Shown here: positions 10,246 to 20,367 of the stretch, in pieces
Layout: every line of letters starts with the position of its first letter
How positions within the stretch are numbered: the stretch's first letter is position 1
Virus record (IMG/VR): IMGVR_UViG_3300029787_005266
Span: 27,043-91,042 of that record
Reading direction: 5' to 3' (one strand)
DNA from: a virus
Length of the DNA: 64,000 nucleotides
Made by a program: the position numbers and the translations under genes
The notes under the pieces: generated by a model
The model's database searches: none
Seen by the model: only the letters and a program-made list of their open reading frames with translations
What the model was told of the DNA's origin: nothing

Positions 10246-12390
10246 ATGGCATACACAATTAACAAGACTGATGGTACTATTATTGCACAAGTAGAAGATG
10301 GAGTATTGAACACTGATACCTCATTGCAACTGATTGGCAGAAATTATCAATCATACGGTGAGCCATTCAACGAAAATCTTGTAAAATTATTAGAAAATTC
10401 AGCAGGTACTTCAGCACCAAGTAATCCTATTAGAGGAGAATTATGGTATGATGTTACTAATTTACAACTTAAAGTTTATGATGGAAACAATTTTGTTGCC
10501 ATAGGTGCAACACGCAATTCAGCCACTGCTCCAACTAATGGTGTAAGAACAGGAGATTTATGGAATCATATCACTAATGATCAGTTGTACTTGTATGATG
10601 GCACCAACTGGGATCTGATTGGACCAATTTACAAAGCAGGTGATGGCAAGTCAGGATGGTTAGTGGATGAAGAAAATTTATCAGGAGGTGGCACAGCAAA
10701 TGTTGTAGGTCTATATCAAGATGGCACACGAGTAGGAATATTATCAGCAACTGAAAGAACATTGGCATCAACACCAACAGGATTCGATTCTGCTACAATT
10801 AAAAAAGGATTAACATTTTACACTGACACAGATTCAACAACATTCAGATTGAATGGCACAGCTCAGAATGCATTAGAACTTGGTGGCACACCGGCCGCAA
10901 ATTATATTAACACTACAGACAATTCAACCATGAGTGGTACACTGTCAATTACAAATTCTCAAGGACTATCATTTGGACCATCAAGTGAAGGTCAATTGTT
11001 TATAGATTCAAACAATGTCATACTACAGAATAATAATTTTGATTCTATATTCTTTAGAATCAATCAATCATCAGTATTAGTAAATGCTGTAGAAATTACA
11101 AATGCCGCAGATTTAAGAGTGTATGGAAACTTACAAGTGGATGGTAACTTAGTGACCACTGGATCATCATCGTCGTTTGCTGATTCTAAATTAGTAGTAA
11201 ATGACCAATCACCTAGAGCATCTAACCAAAATGCTGGACTTGATATAGAAGGCGGCAGTGCAGGCACAGATGTCACATTACTTGTCACAGGTTCAGATGG
11301 TGGATACTTGGAGTCATCATCAGGTTTATCTGTTGCAACAGGCAAAGCATTCAGTGTAAACGGAACATCTGTTTTGAATGCCACAACTTTAGGATCAGCT
11401 GTAGTATCATCGTCTTTGACACAAGTTGGAGATTTATCAGTAGGAAACATAGTGAATGGATTTGGACCAATCAACAACAAAGGTAATGATGTACAAACCA
11501 CAGGTGTAACAAGTAACAGTGACATTATTGTTGAAGCCAGTTCATCAGATTCAACAGTCAAATGCACAATCACAGCAGTGAATGGAAATATTTTATCCCA
11601 AGGCACAGTGACAGGAACTAACGGAGTGATAGGTGGGAATACAACAATTAGTGGAAACGCAATAATAAATTCAAGTGGCGGAATAGACTTTGACGATGAA
11701 AATTTATCAACTTCTGGAACTATTACTGGAGCATCATTTACAGGAACTACTGTTGATACTTCAATATTAAAAAGTACAGACTCTACATTAATCACAGTTC
11801 AAGATGGCATGAGTATAGAAGGCGACCTTGTAGTGGAATCAATAAGTTCAGATGATTCAACATTTATTACAATCAACAGTGGAATTGAATTAGGTGGGCC
11901 GATCAGAGCAAACGATTCAGGCGCTGTGCAAATTGATGAAGGATTAAGAGTCTCGGGAGCATTGACAGTTTTAGACAATATAACGATTGCAGGAACAACA
12001 ACAGTAAGTCAAGTTTTAGATGAAGATGATTTTTCATCCGATGCCAATGATGCATTGGCCACACAACAATCGATAAAGGCATATGTGGCAACACAGATTG
12101 CGGCAATTTCAACAGATTTATTTTTCTCTTTGAATACAACAGGATTATCAAACACAGACATAGCATCACTTTTGGACACATTGGCTCCATCAGCGGCAAC
12201 AGGCACTAAAGCAAGAATAGCTGGTGTAAGTATCACTGCTTCTTCATCTTCATCATCCAACTATGTAGCGGCAATTGGTGATTCAAGAAATTCAGTATCA
12301 ACGTCCACAAGCACTACACTGAACCACACAAGAAATAATGACTTACTATTCACACGTGGTGGCTCCAACTGGGCATACACTTCAGGTTAA
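10246..12390 (+). CDS. Tail fibre protein (MAYTINKTDG family)
   Basis: Shared N-terminal domain, GELWYD/GDLW repeats, SDST repeats, ATQQSIKAYV motif. Confidence 0.7.
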   Translation: MAYTINKTDGTIIAQVEDGVLNTDTSLQLIGRNYQSYGEPFNENLVKLLENSAGTSAPSNPIRGELWYDVTNLQLKVYDGNNFVAIGATRNSATAPTNGVRTGDLWNHITNDQLYLYDGTNWDLIGPIYKAGDGKSGWLVDEENLSGGGTANVVGLYQDGTRVGILSATERTLASTPTGFDSATIKKGLTFYTDTDSTTFRLNGTAQNALELGGTPAANYINTTDNSTMSGTLSITNSQGLSFGPSSEGQLFIDSNNVILQNNNFDSIFFRINQSSVLVNAVEITNAADLRVYGNLQVDGNLVTTGSSSSFADSKLVVNDQSPRASNQNAGLDIEGGSAGTDVTLLVTGSDGGYLESSSGLSVATGKAFSVNGTSVLNATTLGSAVVSSSLTQVGDLSVGNIVNGFGPINNKGNDVQTTGVTSNSDIIVEASSSDSTVKCTITAVNGNILSQGTVTGTNGVIGGNTTISGNAIINSSGGIDFDDENLSTSGTITGASFTGTTVDTSILKSTDSTLITVQDGMSIEGDLVVESISSDDSTFITINSGIELGGPIRANDSGAVQIDEGLRVSGALTVLDNITIAGTTTVSQVLDEDDFSSDANDALATQQSIKAYVATQIAAISTDLFFSLNTTGLSNTDIASLLDTLAPSAATGTKARIAGVSITASSSSSSNYVAAIGDSRNSVSTSTSTTLNHTRNNDLLFTRGGSNWAYTSG

Positions 12391-12393
12391 CAA

Positions 12394-12888
12394 ATGCCTA
12401 TTCAGGCTCCTACACTTATTGAAAATTATTTAGGTAATGCTGAACATATCCTTGATCATGCAATACAGCATGGAGATTTTACAAGGCGTGAAAAAGGCAA
12501 ACGCAAATATCATCAGGCAAAACCTGGTGGTCCAATCAGCAAATTTTCTTCTTGGTTTATTCATGTGCATGATTCATTTGCTGATGTAATATTTGAAACA
12601 ATCCCACATGATCGCAAACATTGTACACAATTGGTATTGAACAAATATGATCCTGGAGATTATCTAGTAAAACACTGTGACGCACAAGGTTTATATTGGA
12701 AGTTTAAATTAGTGTATTTGACTGCTGGAGAACCACATTTTTGTTGGTATGATGAGCATGATAATCAACATTTCATACAGGAAAAAGTAGGCAGTATGCT
12801 GGATATGGATATTGGACTGTATCATGAAGTTACAATGATTGGTGATCATGAGCCAACAAAGTATAGCCTCTGTCTTTTATACGAATAA
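12394..12888 (+). CDS. 2OG-Fe(II) oxygenase-like protein
   Basis: LNKYDPGDYLVKHCD (HxD) ... HEV ... KYSL pattern. Confidence 0.6.
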   Translation: MPIQAPTLIENYLGNAEHILDHAIQHGDFTRREKGKRKYHQAKPGGPISKFSSWFIHVHDSFADVIFETIPHDRKHCTQLVLNKYDPGDYLVKHCDAQGLYWKFKLVYLTAGEPHFCWYDEHDNQHFIQEKVGSMLDMDIGLYHEVTMIGDHEPTKYSLCLLYE

Positions 12889-12899
12889 ATAACAGCACA

Positions 12900-13358
12900 A
12901 TGGCCAAGCAACAAATGACATTAATGTTCAATGCAAAAACAGGCATTCTGTTAGGTGAAAAACCTACAGATAATGACGTATTAGATCTAAGTAAATTCAA
13001 ATTTAAAGATGTTGAAATAGATCCTATACTGGATTTTTATGATGGAGACTATGACACTGGATCAGTCAAAGCCTGTGATGAGAAACCCATGCTGAATGAA
13101 TCAATTGTAAATGCACAAACCACTGAAAATATTGAAACAAAATATCCTTTGCACAAACAATTAAACATAATGATGGACATGTTAGACAAAAGTGATATGC
13201 CTAACACTTCTGAATTTGCAGACATGATGACACATATCAAGGATGTAGTAGAAGCAAGTAAACTTAAAAAGAAGACTTACTTAGAGTCAGATGCTTATCA
13301 TTATGAAACAGAAGAAGAAGCAAAGGAAAAGGCAAAGAAAGCGGTTGATTTCGACTAA
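12900..13358 (+). CDS. Hypothetical protein, possible fibre assembly/accessory
   Basis: Between fibre genes; IETKYPLHKQLN motif; TAAATA at 12886-12891. Confidence 0.45.
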   Translation: MAKQQMTLMFNAKTGILLGEKPTDNDVLDLSKFKFKDVEIDPILDFYDGDYDTGSVKACDEKPMLNESIVNAQTTENIETKYPLHKQLNIMMDMLDKSDMPNTSEFADMMTHIKDVVEASKLKKKTYLESDAYHYETEEEAKEKAKKAVDFD

Positions 13359-13368
13359 AAATCGAATG

Positions 13369-13376
13369 TATAAATA
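13369..13376 (+). promoter_or_regulatory. Exact T4-type late promoter TATAAATA
   Basis: 10 nt upstream of ATG 13387. Confidence 0.7.
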
Positions 13377-13386
13377 TTAATAGATC

Positions 13387-14934
13387 ATGGCATATACAAT
13401 TAATAAAACAGACGGATCAGTACTAGCTACAATAGCAGATGGTACTTTAGATACCTCAACCAGTTTACAACTCATAGGAAAAAACTATGCAGGTTACGGT
13501 GAAATCCTAAATGAAAATACAGTAAAGTTATTAGAAAATTTTGCAAACTCATCGGCACCAACAAATCCTTTAACTGGACAAATGTATTACAACACTGCCA
13601 CAGCACAGGTTGAAGTTTATAATGGAACAGCGTTCAAGGCAGTATCAGGAGCAATTATTTCTTCCACATCACCTACAACAGGATCACAAGGTGACTTATG
13701 GTATGATTCAGTCAACGGACAAGTTTATGTGTATTCAGGCACTGCTTGGGTATTGGTTGGACCACAAGCAACAGCAGGATCAGGAACATCAGGAGCCATT
13801 GTTAAATCAATTACTGATACTACTGGTACCGACAGAATTGTTACACAATTGGTTGTATCAGATTCAATTGTTGCAATGGCATCATCTGTTGAATTTACAC
13901 CACAGATTGCTGTATCAGGATATGCTACAATTAAAAAAGGACTTACATTAGGAACACAAATTACAAGCAACAAGTTCCAAGGCACAGCAACTGACTCAGA
14001 TGCATTAGGTGGAGTTGTTGCCGCAAACTATTTTAGATCAGATGCTTCAGACACAACCACAGGCACAGTAACTATAGCTTCTGACTCACCTTTGATTATA
14101 GGGGCAGATGGAGATTTAACAGTAACACAATCTGGATCAAACACAACTTTCAAAAATGTTACCACAGATGGAAATATTATTTTCAATGTAAATGATGGCG
14201 GAGTCGACACAGCAGTATTGACACTGACTGGATCAGATGCATCAGCAACAGTAACCAACTTAACTATTTCAGGCGATTTGACTGTGAGTGGCACAACAAC
14301 CACATTGAATACAACAAACATGGTGGTTGAAGATCCACTAATGATACTAAACAAAAACGCGGCATCAATCAGTGATAGAGATATTGGTCTTGTGTTTGAT
14401 AGAGGTATTAACCAAAATGTTGCCTTTATTTGGGATGAGTCTGCAGATGAATTTGCACTTGTAACAACAAATGAAGACGGTACAACAGCAGGTGCTGTTA
14501 GTATTGTTGGCTATGCCACTTTACATGCAACATCCACTGCCGCACAATATTCTGACCTTGCTGAGCGTTATGAAGCAGACTCAGTAATGGAGCCAGGAGA
14601 TGTTGTAAAAATTGGCGGTGAAAAAGAAATTACAAAAACAGTATCAGCAAATGATACAGATGTGTTTGGTGTTATATCAACTGATCCAGCATACAAAATG
14701 AATGAGGATGCTGGTAACAACGACACACATCCACACGTTGCACTTACAGGTCGTGTACCATGTAAAGTAATAGGTGCTGTAACAAAAGGTGAAAGATTAG
14801 TTTCGTCGGATACAACAGGGGTTGCAATAGTGGCAACTGGTGATTATAATATGCAAAGTGTAATTGGACGTGCTTTAGAAACAAGCACTGATGATGGTGT
14901 TAAAACAATAGAAGTTGTGGTAGGTAAAAATTAA
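13387..14934 (+). CDS. Tail fibre protein (MAYTINKTDG family) with C-terminal Peptidase_G2-like chaperone domain
   Basis: Shared N-terminus; C-terminus AQYSDLAERY...LTGRVPCKV...IGRALE is paralogous to the 4772 gene. Confidence 0.7.
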   Translation: MAYTINKTDGSVLATIADGTLDTSTSLQLIGKNYAGYGEILNENTVKLLENFANSSAPTNPLTGQMYYNTATAQVEVYNGTAFKAVSGAIISSTSPTTGSQGDLWYDSVNGQVYVYSGTAWVLVGPQATAGSGTSGAIVKSITDTTGTDRIVTQLVVSDSIVAMASSVEFTPQIAVSGYATIKKGLTLGTQITSNKFQGTATDSDALGGVVAANYFRSDASDTTTGTVTIASDSPLIIGADGDLTVTQSGSNTTFKNVTTDGNIIFNVNDGGVDTAVLTLTGSDASATVTNLTISGDLTVSGTTTTLNTTNMVVEDPLMILNKNAASISDRDIGLVFDRGINQNVAFIWDESADEFALVTTNEDGTTAGAVSIVGYATLHATSTAAQYSDLAERYEADSVMEPGDVVKIGGEKEITKTVSANDTDVFGVISTDPAYKMNEDAGNNDTHPHVALTGRVPCKVIGAVTKGERLVSSDTTGVAIVATGDYNMQSVIGRALETSTDDGVKTIEVVVGKN

Positions 14935-15926
14935 TGGGTTATACAGCTGGTGATACTATACTAGATAATGAGTACAATGATTTTGCCAATGATGCAAGTA
15001 ATAACATTAACGCAATTTGGGGTGCCAGTACTGGCAACAAAGGATACGGCCAAACAAACACTATATCGGCTGTTAGTGCCGGCAATGCCATTACAGCGGC
15101 ACAATGGAACACTCTACAAGACAGATTAAAATCAATTGCAGATCACCAAGGTACAACTATTAACAATGCGGCTGGATCACTTTCAGGTGGAGATACAGTT
15201 GAAATTTTAGCCAATTTTGGTGCTGATATAACCACAGTCACAAACGCAAGATACACAGTGGCAGGAGCCAATGTTACAGCATCATCCAACCCTAACTCAA
15301 TTAACAGATCATACACAGGAGATTGGACTACAAACACTATACATGAATGCAAATTTACTTTTGCATCATCTGATGCGGCAAGATACTTTTTCAATGCAGG
15401 TGGATCAATCACTCATGTATGGAATTTGTCTGGAAGTACAACATCAGACAAGTCCTCTGAGTGGGTAGACTTATTCAACACTAAAGCGGCCACATTCACT
15501 TTGGCGGGCGCCACTGATGGATTGAGTGGATCAGGATCACAGAATACAAATGCTAACGATGGATTTTGGAATACAAACTTGACCAATGGTGGATCCTATG
15601 TGGTAATTCAAAAAATGTTTGCTGACTCATCACCATACACATCAAACTATGTGCAATGGGAAGTAAAAATATCAGGCACATCAGGATCACTAGGCGGTAA
15701 AGGCGAAGTGGTTACAATCAAAGCCACAGCTAAAGACGATGCGGCTGATTCAAGTGATGAAGGACAAGGACCACAGGATGCCGCTGATGCGGCTCAAACA
15801 GCACTTGATGTTGTGGACGGCACACTGACATCATCATGGACATTTAATAAACCAAATACTAACCAATTGAACAACGATGCTATAGGCACAATTACAGCGG
15901 CTGAAGTATCTCAAACTCAAGCATAA
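14934..15926 (+). CDS. Virion structural protein
   Basis: GYGQ...ITAAQW..L, ARYFFNAGG.I motifs; Ser/Thr/Gly/Asn-rich; TAATG-coupled to fibre gene. Confidence 0.6.
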   Translation: MGYTAGDTILDNEYNDFANDASNNINAIWGASTGNKGYGQTNTISAVSAGNAITAAQWNTLQDRLKSIADHQGTTINNAAGSLSGGDTVEILANFGADITTVTNARYTVAGANVTASSNPNSINRSYTGDWTTNTIHECKFTFASSDAARYFFNAGGSITHVWNLSGSTTSDKSSEWVDLFNTKAATFTLAGATDGLSGSGSQNTNANDGFWNTNLTNGGSYVVIQKMFADSSPYTSNYVQWEVKISGTSGSLGGKGEVVTIKATAKDDAADSSDEGQGPQDAADAAQTALDVVDGTLTSSWTFNKPNTNQLNNDAIGTITAAEVSQTQA

Positions 15927-15944
15927 TCACATTTATAATTCTTA

Positions 15945-15973
15945 TTGATTTTTTGGCATAAACTTATTATAAT
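15945..15973 (+). promoter_or_regulatory. Sigma70-type promoter TTGATT-17-TATAAT heading the modification island
   Basis: -35 at 15945-15950, -10 at 15968-15973, ATG at 15979. Confidence 0.7.
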
Positions 15974-15978
15974 AAGTT

Positions 15979-16260
15979 ATGAGTTCGAAACAAAGATTTG
16001 CACTAAAACGTGATCTCTTATTGTTACAGCAACGAGTCAAATCACAAGAGGTGTTTGTGTATAATGGTTGCATGTTCAGGGCCGATGCCGTGACAGTGGC
16101 CTATGCACAGACAGTGAAAGATGATGCAGTTATCATAGATATAAATCAAACACCTTGCAGAATTGAAAACGCAGACGATTTTCGACGTACTCTACAACTT
16201 AAACACAACGAAATATTAAATGAGTATGAAAAAGAGTATCAAGAAATCACATTACGATAA
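15979..16260 (+). CDS. Hypothetical protein
   Basis: 93-aa ORF immediately after promoter. Confidence 0.55.
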   Translation: MSSKQRFALKRDLLLLQQRVKSQEVFVYNGCMFRADAVTVAYAQTVKDDAVIIDINQTPCRIENADDFRRTLQLKHNEILNEYEKEYQEITLR

Positions 16261-17008
16261 AGGCATATTGCTTTTCAGTTTTGACACACCTGAATTACAG
16301 TATTCAAAAATCACTAAAAAATGTATTGAACTGTTAAGAATATATTGTCCTGAGATTCCTGTAGTTGTTGTAGGCGACCAAATTATTAAATCTGCAGATT
16401 GGACTATACTGGCAGATGATCCTACTGCTAATGTGCATAATATCCGCGGTCCAAAACCATGGAAAAACTTAGCACGAGTTGATGCCTATGAACTATCACC
16501 TTTTGATACTACGATAATAATTGATTCTGATTATCTTGTGTATGACAACAATTTACTGAAGTTGTTTGAATCAGATCAACCAGTGTTGGCACACACCACG
16601 TGGTGTGATATAAATTATGCAGAAGTATCCAGACTACCAATGGGCAATTCTATGTTGGACATGATGTGGGCAACTGTGTTGATGTTCAAGAAAGACGACG
16701 CTGTAAGAGAGATGTTTGACACCTGGAGAAACATTTTGAAAAACTATCAATATTATGCACAGATGTTTGGACTGAACAAACGCATGATTAGAAATGACCA
16801 TGCGTTCACTATTGCTATGGCAAACATGCAAGACCATGGCTCTACAGAACACACAGTGATACCATGGGATATTATCACAGCCAATCAAAATTTTGAAGTA
16901 AAAAAGATCACAAATAAAAATATTGTGTTGCAAGATCAACATGGCGAAATAATAGTTGATCAAAGTGTACACATCTTAAACAAAGAAAGTTTATTAAATG
17001 CTATCTGA
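16220..17008 (+). CDS. GT-A fold glycosyltransferase-like protein
   Basis: AYELSPFDTTIIIDSDY (DxD), WATV..F, RNDHAF. Confidence 0.6.
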   Translation: MSMKKSIKKSHYDKGILLFSFDTPELQYSKITKKCIELLRIYCPEIPVVVVGDQIIKSADWTILADDPTANVHNIRGPKPWKNLARVDAYELSPFDTTIIIDSDYLVYDNNLLKLFESDQPVLAHTTWCDINYAEVSRLPMGNSMLDMMWATVLMFKKDDAVREMFDTWRNILKNYQYYAQMFGLNKRMIRNDHAFTIAMANMQDHGSTEHTVIPWDIITANQNFEVKKITNKNIVLQDQHGEIIVDQSVHILNKESLLNAI

Positions 17009-17825
17009 CAAAGAACAGTATGGATATCTTACATATGCTTTGAATACTGGTGACACAGATTATGAAAGTATTGCACATCTTTGGGCATTAAGTGTTAAAC
17101 TTACACACAAACATTGTCCATCACTTGCTGTAATTGTAAAAGACAAACAAAAATGTAGAAGTAGTTTACACACTGTATTTGATCATGTAATAGAATTACC
17201 CATCAGAGATGTTGTTAATAATATGCAGTATGAGTGCGATGTGTTAAAGTTATCACCTTTCAAAGAAACAGTCAAATTTGAAGCAGACATGCTGTGTACA
17301 TCCGACATAATGATATGGCAAAAATATTTTAGATTACGTGACTTGTGTTTTACAGGACATGTTTGCAATTTCAAACAACAACAAGCAGATGACTCGAAGT
17401 ATAGGAGATACATTAAAACAAACCTGTTACCTAATGTATATCAAGGATTATATTATGTAAGGACAACAAGACAGACCGACAAGTTTATGAAAACAGCTAA
17501 CAGTGTATTCAATAATTGGGATAAAGAAATTAAAAATTTGAGAATGTTTGACAAATTTGAACCATCTACAGATTTTGCATTCAGCATAGCATTAGACAAA
17601 CTAAACATGAATAATTGTGTCAGTAATGATGTGTATCCGTCTTTTATACATGTAAAACAAGGGATTGTAAAACAAGCAGATTGGGATCAGATAACATGGA
17701 GTTTATTAAAAAATAAGTATTTTACAGTGTGCGGTACACAATTATCATTGCCAATACATTATTTTGACAAGTCATTCTGTACGGAAAAACTAATAAGGGA
17801 GTATGAATATGCCGTTGGAATATAG
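16998..17825 (+). CDS. GT-A fold glycosyltransferase-like protein (paralogue, ExD)
   Basis: LSPFKETVKFEADM, STDFAFSIA, FIHVK. Confidence 0.55.
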   Translation: MLSDKEQYGYLTYALNTGDTDYESIAHLWALSVKLTHKHCPSLAVIVKDKQKCRSSLHTVFDHVIELPIRDVVNNMQYECDVLKLSPFKETVKFEADMLCTSDIMIWQKYFRLRDLCFTGHVCNFKQQQADDSKYRRYIKTNLLPNVYQGLYYVRTTRQTDKFMKTANSVFNNWDKEIKNLRMFDKFEPSTDFAFSIALDKLNMNNCVSNDVYPSFIHVKQGIVKQADWDQITWSLLKNKYFTVCGTQLSLPIHYFDKSFCTEKLIREYEYAVGI

Positions 17826-18147
17826 AATATATTATCAAGACGAAGAAATTACCACAGTGACAACACAGACTGCAGAAGGTGAATACATTGTGGTTGATTC
17901 AAAAAAATGGCTAGATGTACAAAATAGTCCATCAGCATGGAAAGTAATTGATAAAACACTGGAGAAAAAGATTATAGATCGTACAAATGGAAAAAAGAAA
18001 AAGAAATTTACAGTGAAAGGTCATGACACATTTCCAGGATGGGTAATAAAAAAATATCAACTGTATACAGCCATAGAATATGCTATTGAGGAACCTGAGT
18101 GGTTTGACCCCGAAAAACATGCAGTAGTAGGATATGAAGATGATTGA
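17803..18147 (+). CDS. Hypothetical protein
   Basis: Overlap-coupled ORF within operon. Confidence 0.5.
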   Translation: MNMPLEYRIYYQDEEITTVTTQTAEGEYIVVDSKKWLDVQNSPSAWKVIDKTLEKKIIDRTNGKKKKKFTVKGHDTFPGWVIKKYQLYTAIEYAIEEPEWFDPEKHAVVGYEDD

Positions 18148-19018
18148 TGTAGCAGACTTGGATGTAATTTTTTTAAGTTATAACGAACCAAACAAAGAAC
18201 ACAACTGGGCAGATTTACGTTCTAAATGTCCGTGGGCAAAACGTGTGGACGGTGTAGAAGGTTCTGATGCGGCACACAAAGCGGCAGGAGAAGCATCAAG
18301 CACAGAACGTTTTATTTTGATAGACGGAGACAACATTGTAAATCCTGCCCTATTTGATCAACAATTTGATATAGATAGTATGCCATCAGACGCAGTAATA
18401 CGTTATCAAGGATTGAATATTGTGAATGGATTAAAATATGGCAATGGCGGCGTGTCTTCTTGGACTAGGAAGTTTGTCAAAGAAATGAAGACACATGAAA
18501 ACTCACAAGGCGATGATGAAAGTCTAATTGAATTTTGTTTTCACAATCAATATGTTGCAATTCAAGAATGCTATTCTACTACTGTTATGAACAGCACTGA
18601 CAAACAAGCATGGCAGGCTGGATTCAGAGAAGGTGTCAAAATGAGTCTTGATGAAGGCAAACGGGTATCACCGGCAAATTTTGTGAAAAACATATGGCGC
18701 GGAAATTTGAGAAATTTGTGTATTTGGATGAGTGTTGGTGCTGATGTAAAGAATGGTCTATGGGCAATATATGGTGCTTGCCAAGGTTGTCTTTGGACCA
18801 CACTGCAACAGGATTGGGATCATTCTATTACACGTGACTTTACAGAATTAGACAATATATGGGATCAAACTATTGATCAAGGTGACGAAAGCCGAAAAAC
18901 AGCTATTAAGGAGATGCACAATGACTTGAACTATCATTTAGGATTAAATGTTGCACTACTAGATGATGAACAATCCAAGTTTGTTAAATTTATAAATTCA
19001 TGTCCAGCGACTACTTAA
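18134..19018 (+). CDS. GT2-like glycosyltransferase
   Basis: DVIFLSYNEP, RVDGVEG...AHKAA, FILIDGDN (DxD), NGLKYGNGG, AWQAGFREGVK. Confidence 0.65.
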   Translation: MKMIDVADLDVIFLSYNEPNKEHNWADLRSKCPWAKRVDGVEGSDAAHKAAGEASSTERFILIDGDNIVNPALFDQQFDIDSMPSDAVIRYQGLNIVNGLKYGNGGVSSWTRKFVKEMKTHENSQGDDESLIEFCFHNQYVAIQECYSTTVMNSTDKQAWQAGFREGVKMSLDEGKRVSPANFVKNIWRGNLRNLCIWMSVGADVKNGLWAIYGACQGCLWTTLQQDWDHSITRDFTELDNIWDQTIDQGDESRKTAIKEMHNDLNYHLGLNVALLDDEQSKFVKFINSCPATT

Positions 19019-20367
19019 CAGATGCCAACAAGGCAAAACTAAAACTAGATAAGATTTCTGATTCTATGTGTCTGGCAAAATGGATGCAGACTTCTTTACA
19101 CCTTACAAATGGCATGACAAACTCTTGCTATCATCCACCATTACACAAAATAGATGTAGAGCAAATCAAAACAAATCCTTCTAAATTACACAACACTGAT
19201 GAAAAGAAACAGCAACGTGATCTAATGATAAATGGAAAAAGACCAGAAGGTTGTTCATACTGTTGGAAGTTAGAAGATGACAAACAGATGAGTGATCGAC
19301 ATTATAGGTCAGGAGAACCATGGGCAATGGATCATTATCAAAATATTTTAGATAATCCACAAGCAGATATTGTGCCTACATATGTTGAGGTCGATTTCAG
19401 TAATGCATGTAACTTCAAATGTTCATATTGTTCGCCACAATTTTCAACTGCGTGGGCAAAAGAAACAGAAGAACATGGATCATGGCCAACATCAACACCA
19501 CATAATGATCCAGCACATTTTAAAGGTGACAGAAAAGTTATGCCACAAAATGATAATCCATATGTTGAAGCATTTTGGAAATGGTGGCCAGAACTGTATC
19601 CACAATTACGTCATTTTAGAATGACAGGTGGTGAACCTATGATGGATAAAAATACATTTAGGGTGTTTGATTATGTAATAGAAAATCCAAAAAAAGATTT
19701 GCATTTAAACGTAACTTCTAATTTTTGTCCACCTACTCCTGCACTAGGTGACAGATACTTTAACATGGTAAAAACAATGTGTGATGGAGCGATGATAGAA
19801 CACTTCATGCAATTTGTATCTTTAGATGCTTGGGGAGAAAGAGCAGAGTATATAAGAAACGGAATGGATTTTGGCACTGTATGGTCAAACGTACACAGAT
19901 ACTTGCATGATATTAAAGGTTACAATTCTATTACATTTATTATTACAATGAACAATCTTAGTGTGTCTAGTTTAAAAGAATTATTAGAAAACATTTTAAG
20001 ATTAAGAGAACAATATTCTACAACATATCAACGGGTGTGGTTCGACACACCTATTTTAAGGTTTCCCATATGGCAACATATAGGATTGTTGGACGAATCC
20101 TTTAACCATTATTTCGAGGAGGCTATAGAGTTTATGGAGCAACACCGACATGACTCTAACATGGCAGGGTTTAGAGATTTTGAAATTGCTAAACTTACTC
20201 GGACATACCGCATAATGCAACAAGGACTGGACAACAAGGAACAACACCTAGCAAACTTTTGGCGTTTCTTTCGAACTCATGACTCGAGACGTGAAACAGA
20301 TTTGTTAGGTGTTTTTCCAGAATACAAAGATTGGTTTAAACAATGTCAACAAGCAACGAAGATTTAA
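19000..20367 (+). CDS. Radical SAM enzyme with N-terminal twitch/SPASM-like domain (1 of 5)
   Basis: CNFKCSYC, GGEP; N-terminal CLAKW...SCYH...CSYC. Confidence 0.85.
   Translation: MSSDYLTDANKAKLKLDKISDSMCLAKWMQTSLHLTNGMTNSCYHPPLHKIDVEQIKTNPSKLHNTDEKKQQRDLMINGKRPEGCSYCWKLEDDKQMSDRHYRSGEPWAMDHYQNILDNPQADIVPTYVEVDFSNACNFKCSYCSPQFSTAWAKETEEHGSWPTSTPHNDPAHFKGDRKVMPQNDNPYVEAFWKWWPELYPQLRHFRMTGGEPMMDKNTFRVFDYVIENPKKDLHLNVTSNFCPPTPALGDRYFNMVKTMCDGAMIEHFMQFVSLDAWGERAEYIRNGMDFGTVWSNVHRYLHDIKGYNSITFIITMNNLSVSSLKELLENILRLREQYSTTYQRVWFDTPILRFPIWQHIGLLDESFNHYFEEAIEFMEQHRHDSNMAGFRDFEIAKLTRTYRIMQQGLDNKEQHLANFWRFFRTHDSRRETDLLGVFPEYKDWFKQCQQATKI

Noticed and set aside
5007-15412. Long antisense ORFs over fibre genes (e.g. 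5007-5633, 5850-6503, 8463-9113, 11064-11795)
   Set aside because: They are in-register shadows of Thr/Ser/Gly/Asp-rich genes that lack antisense stops, and have no independent motifs.
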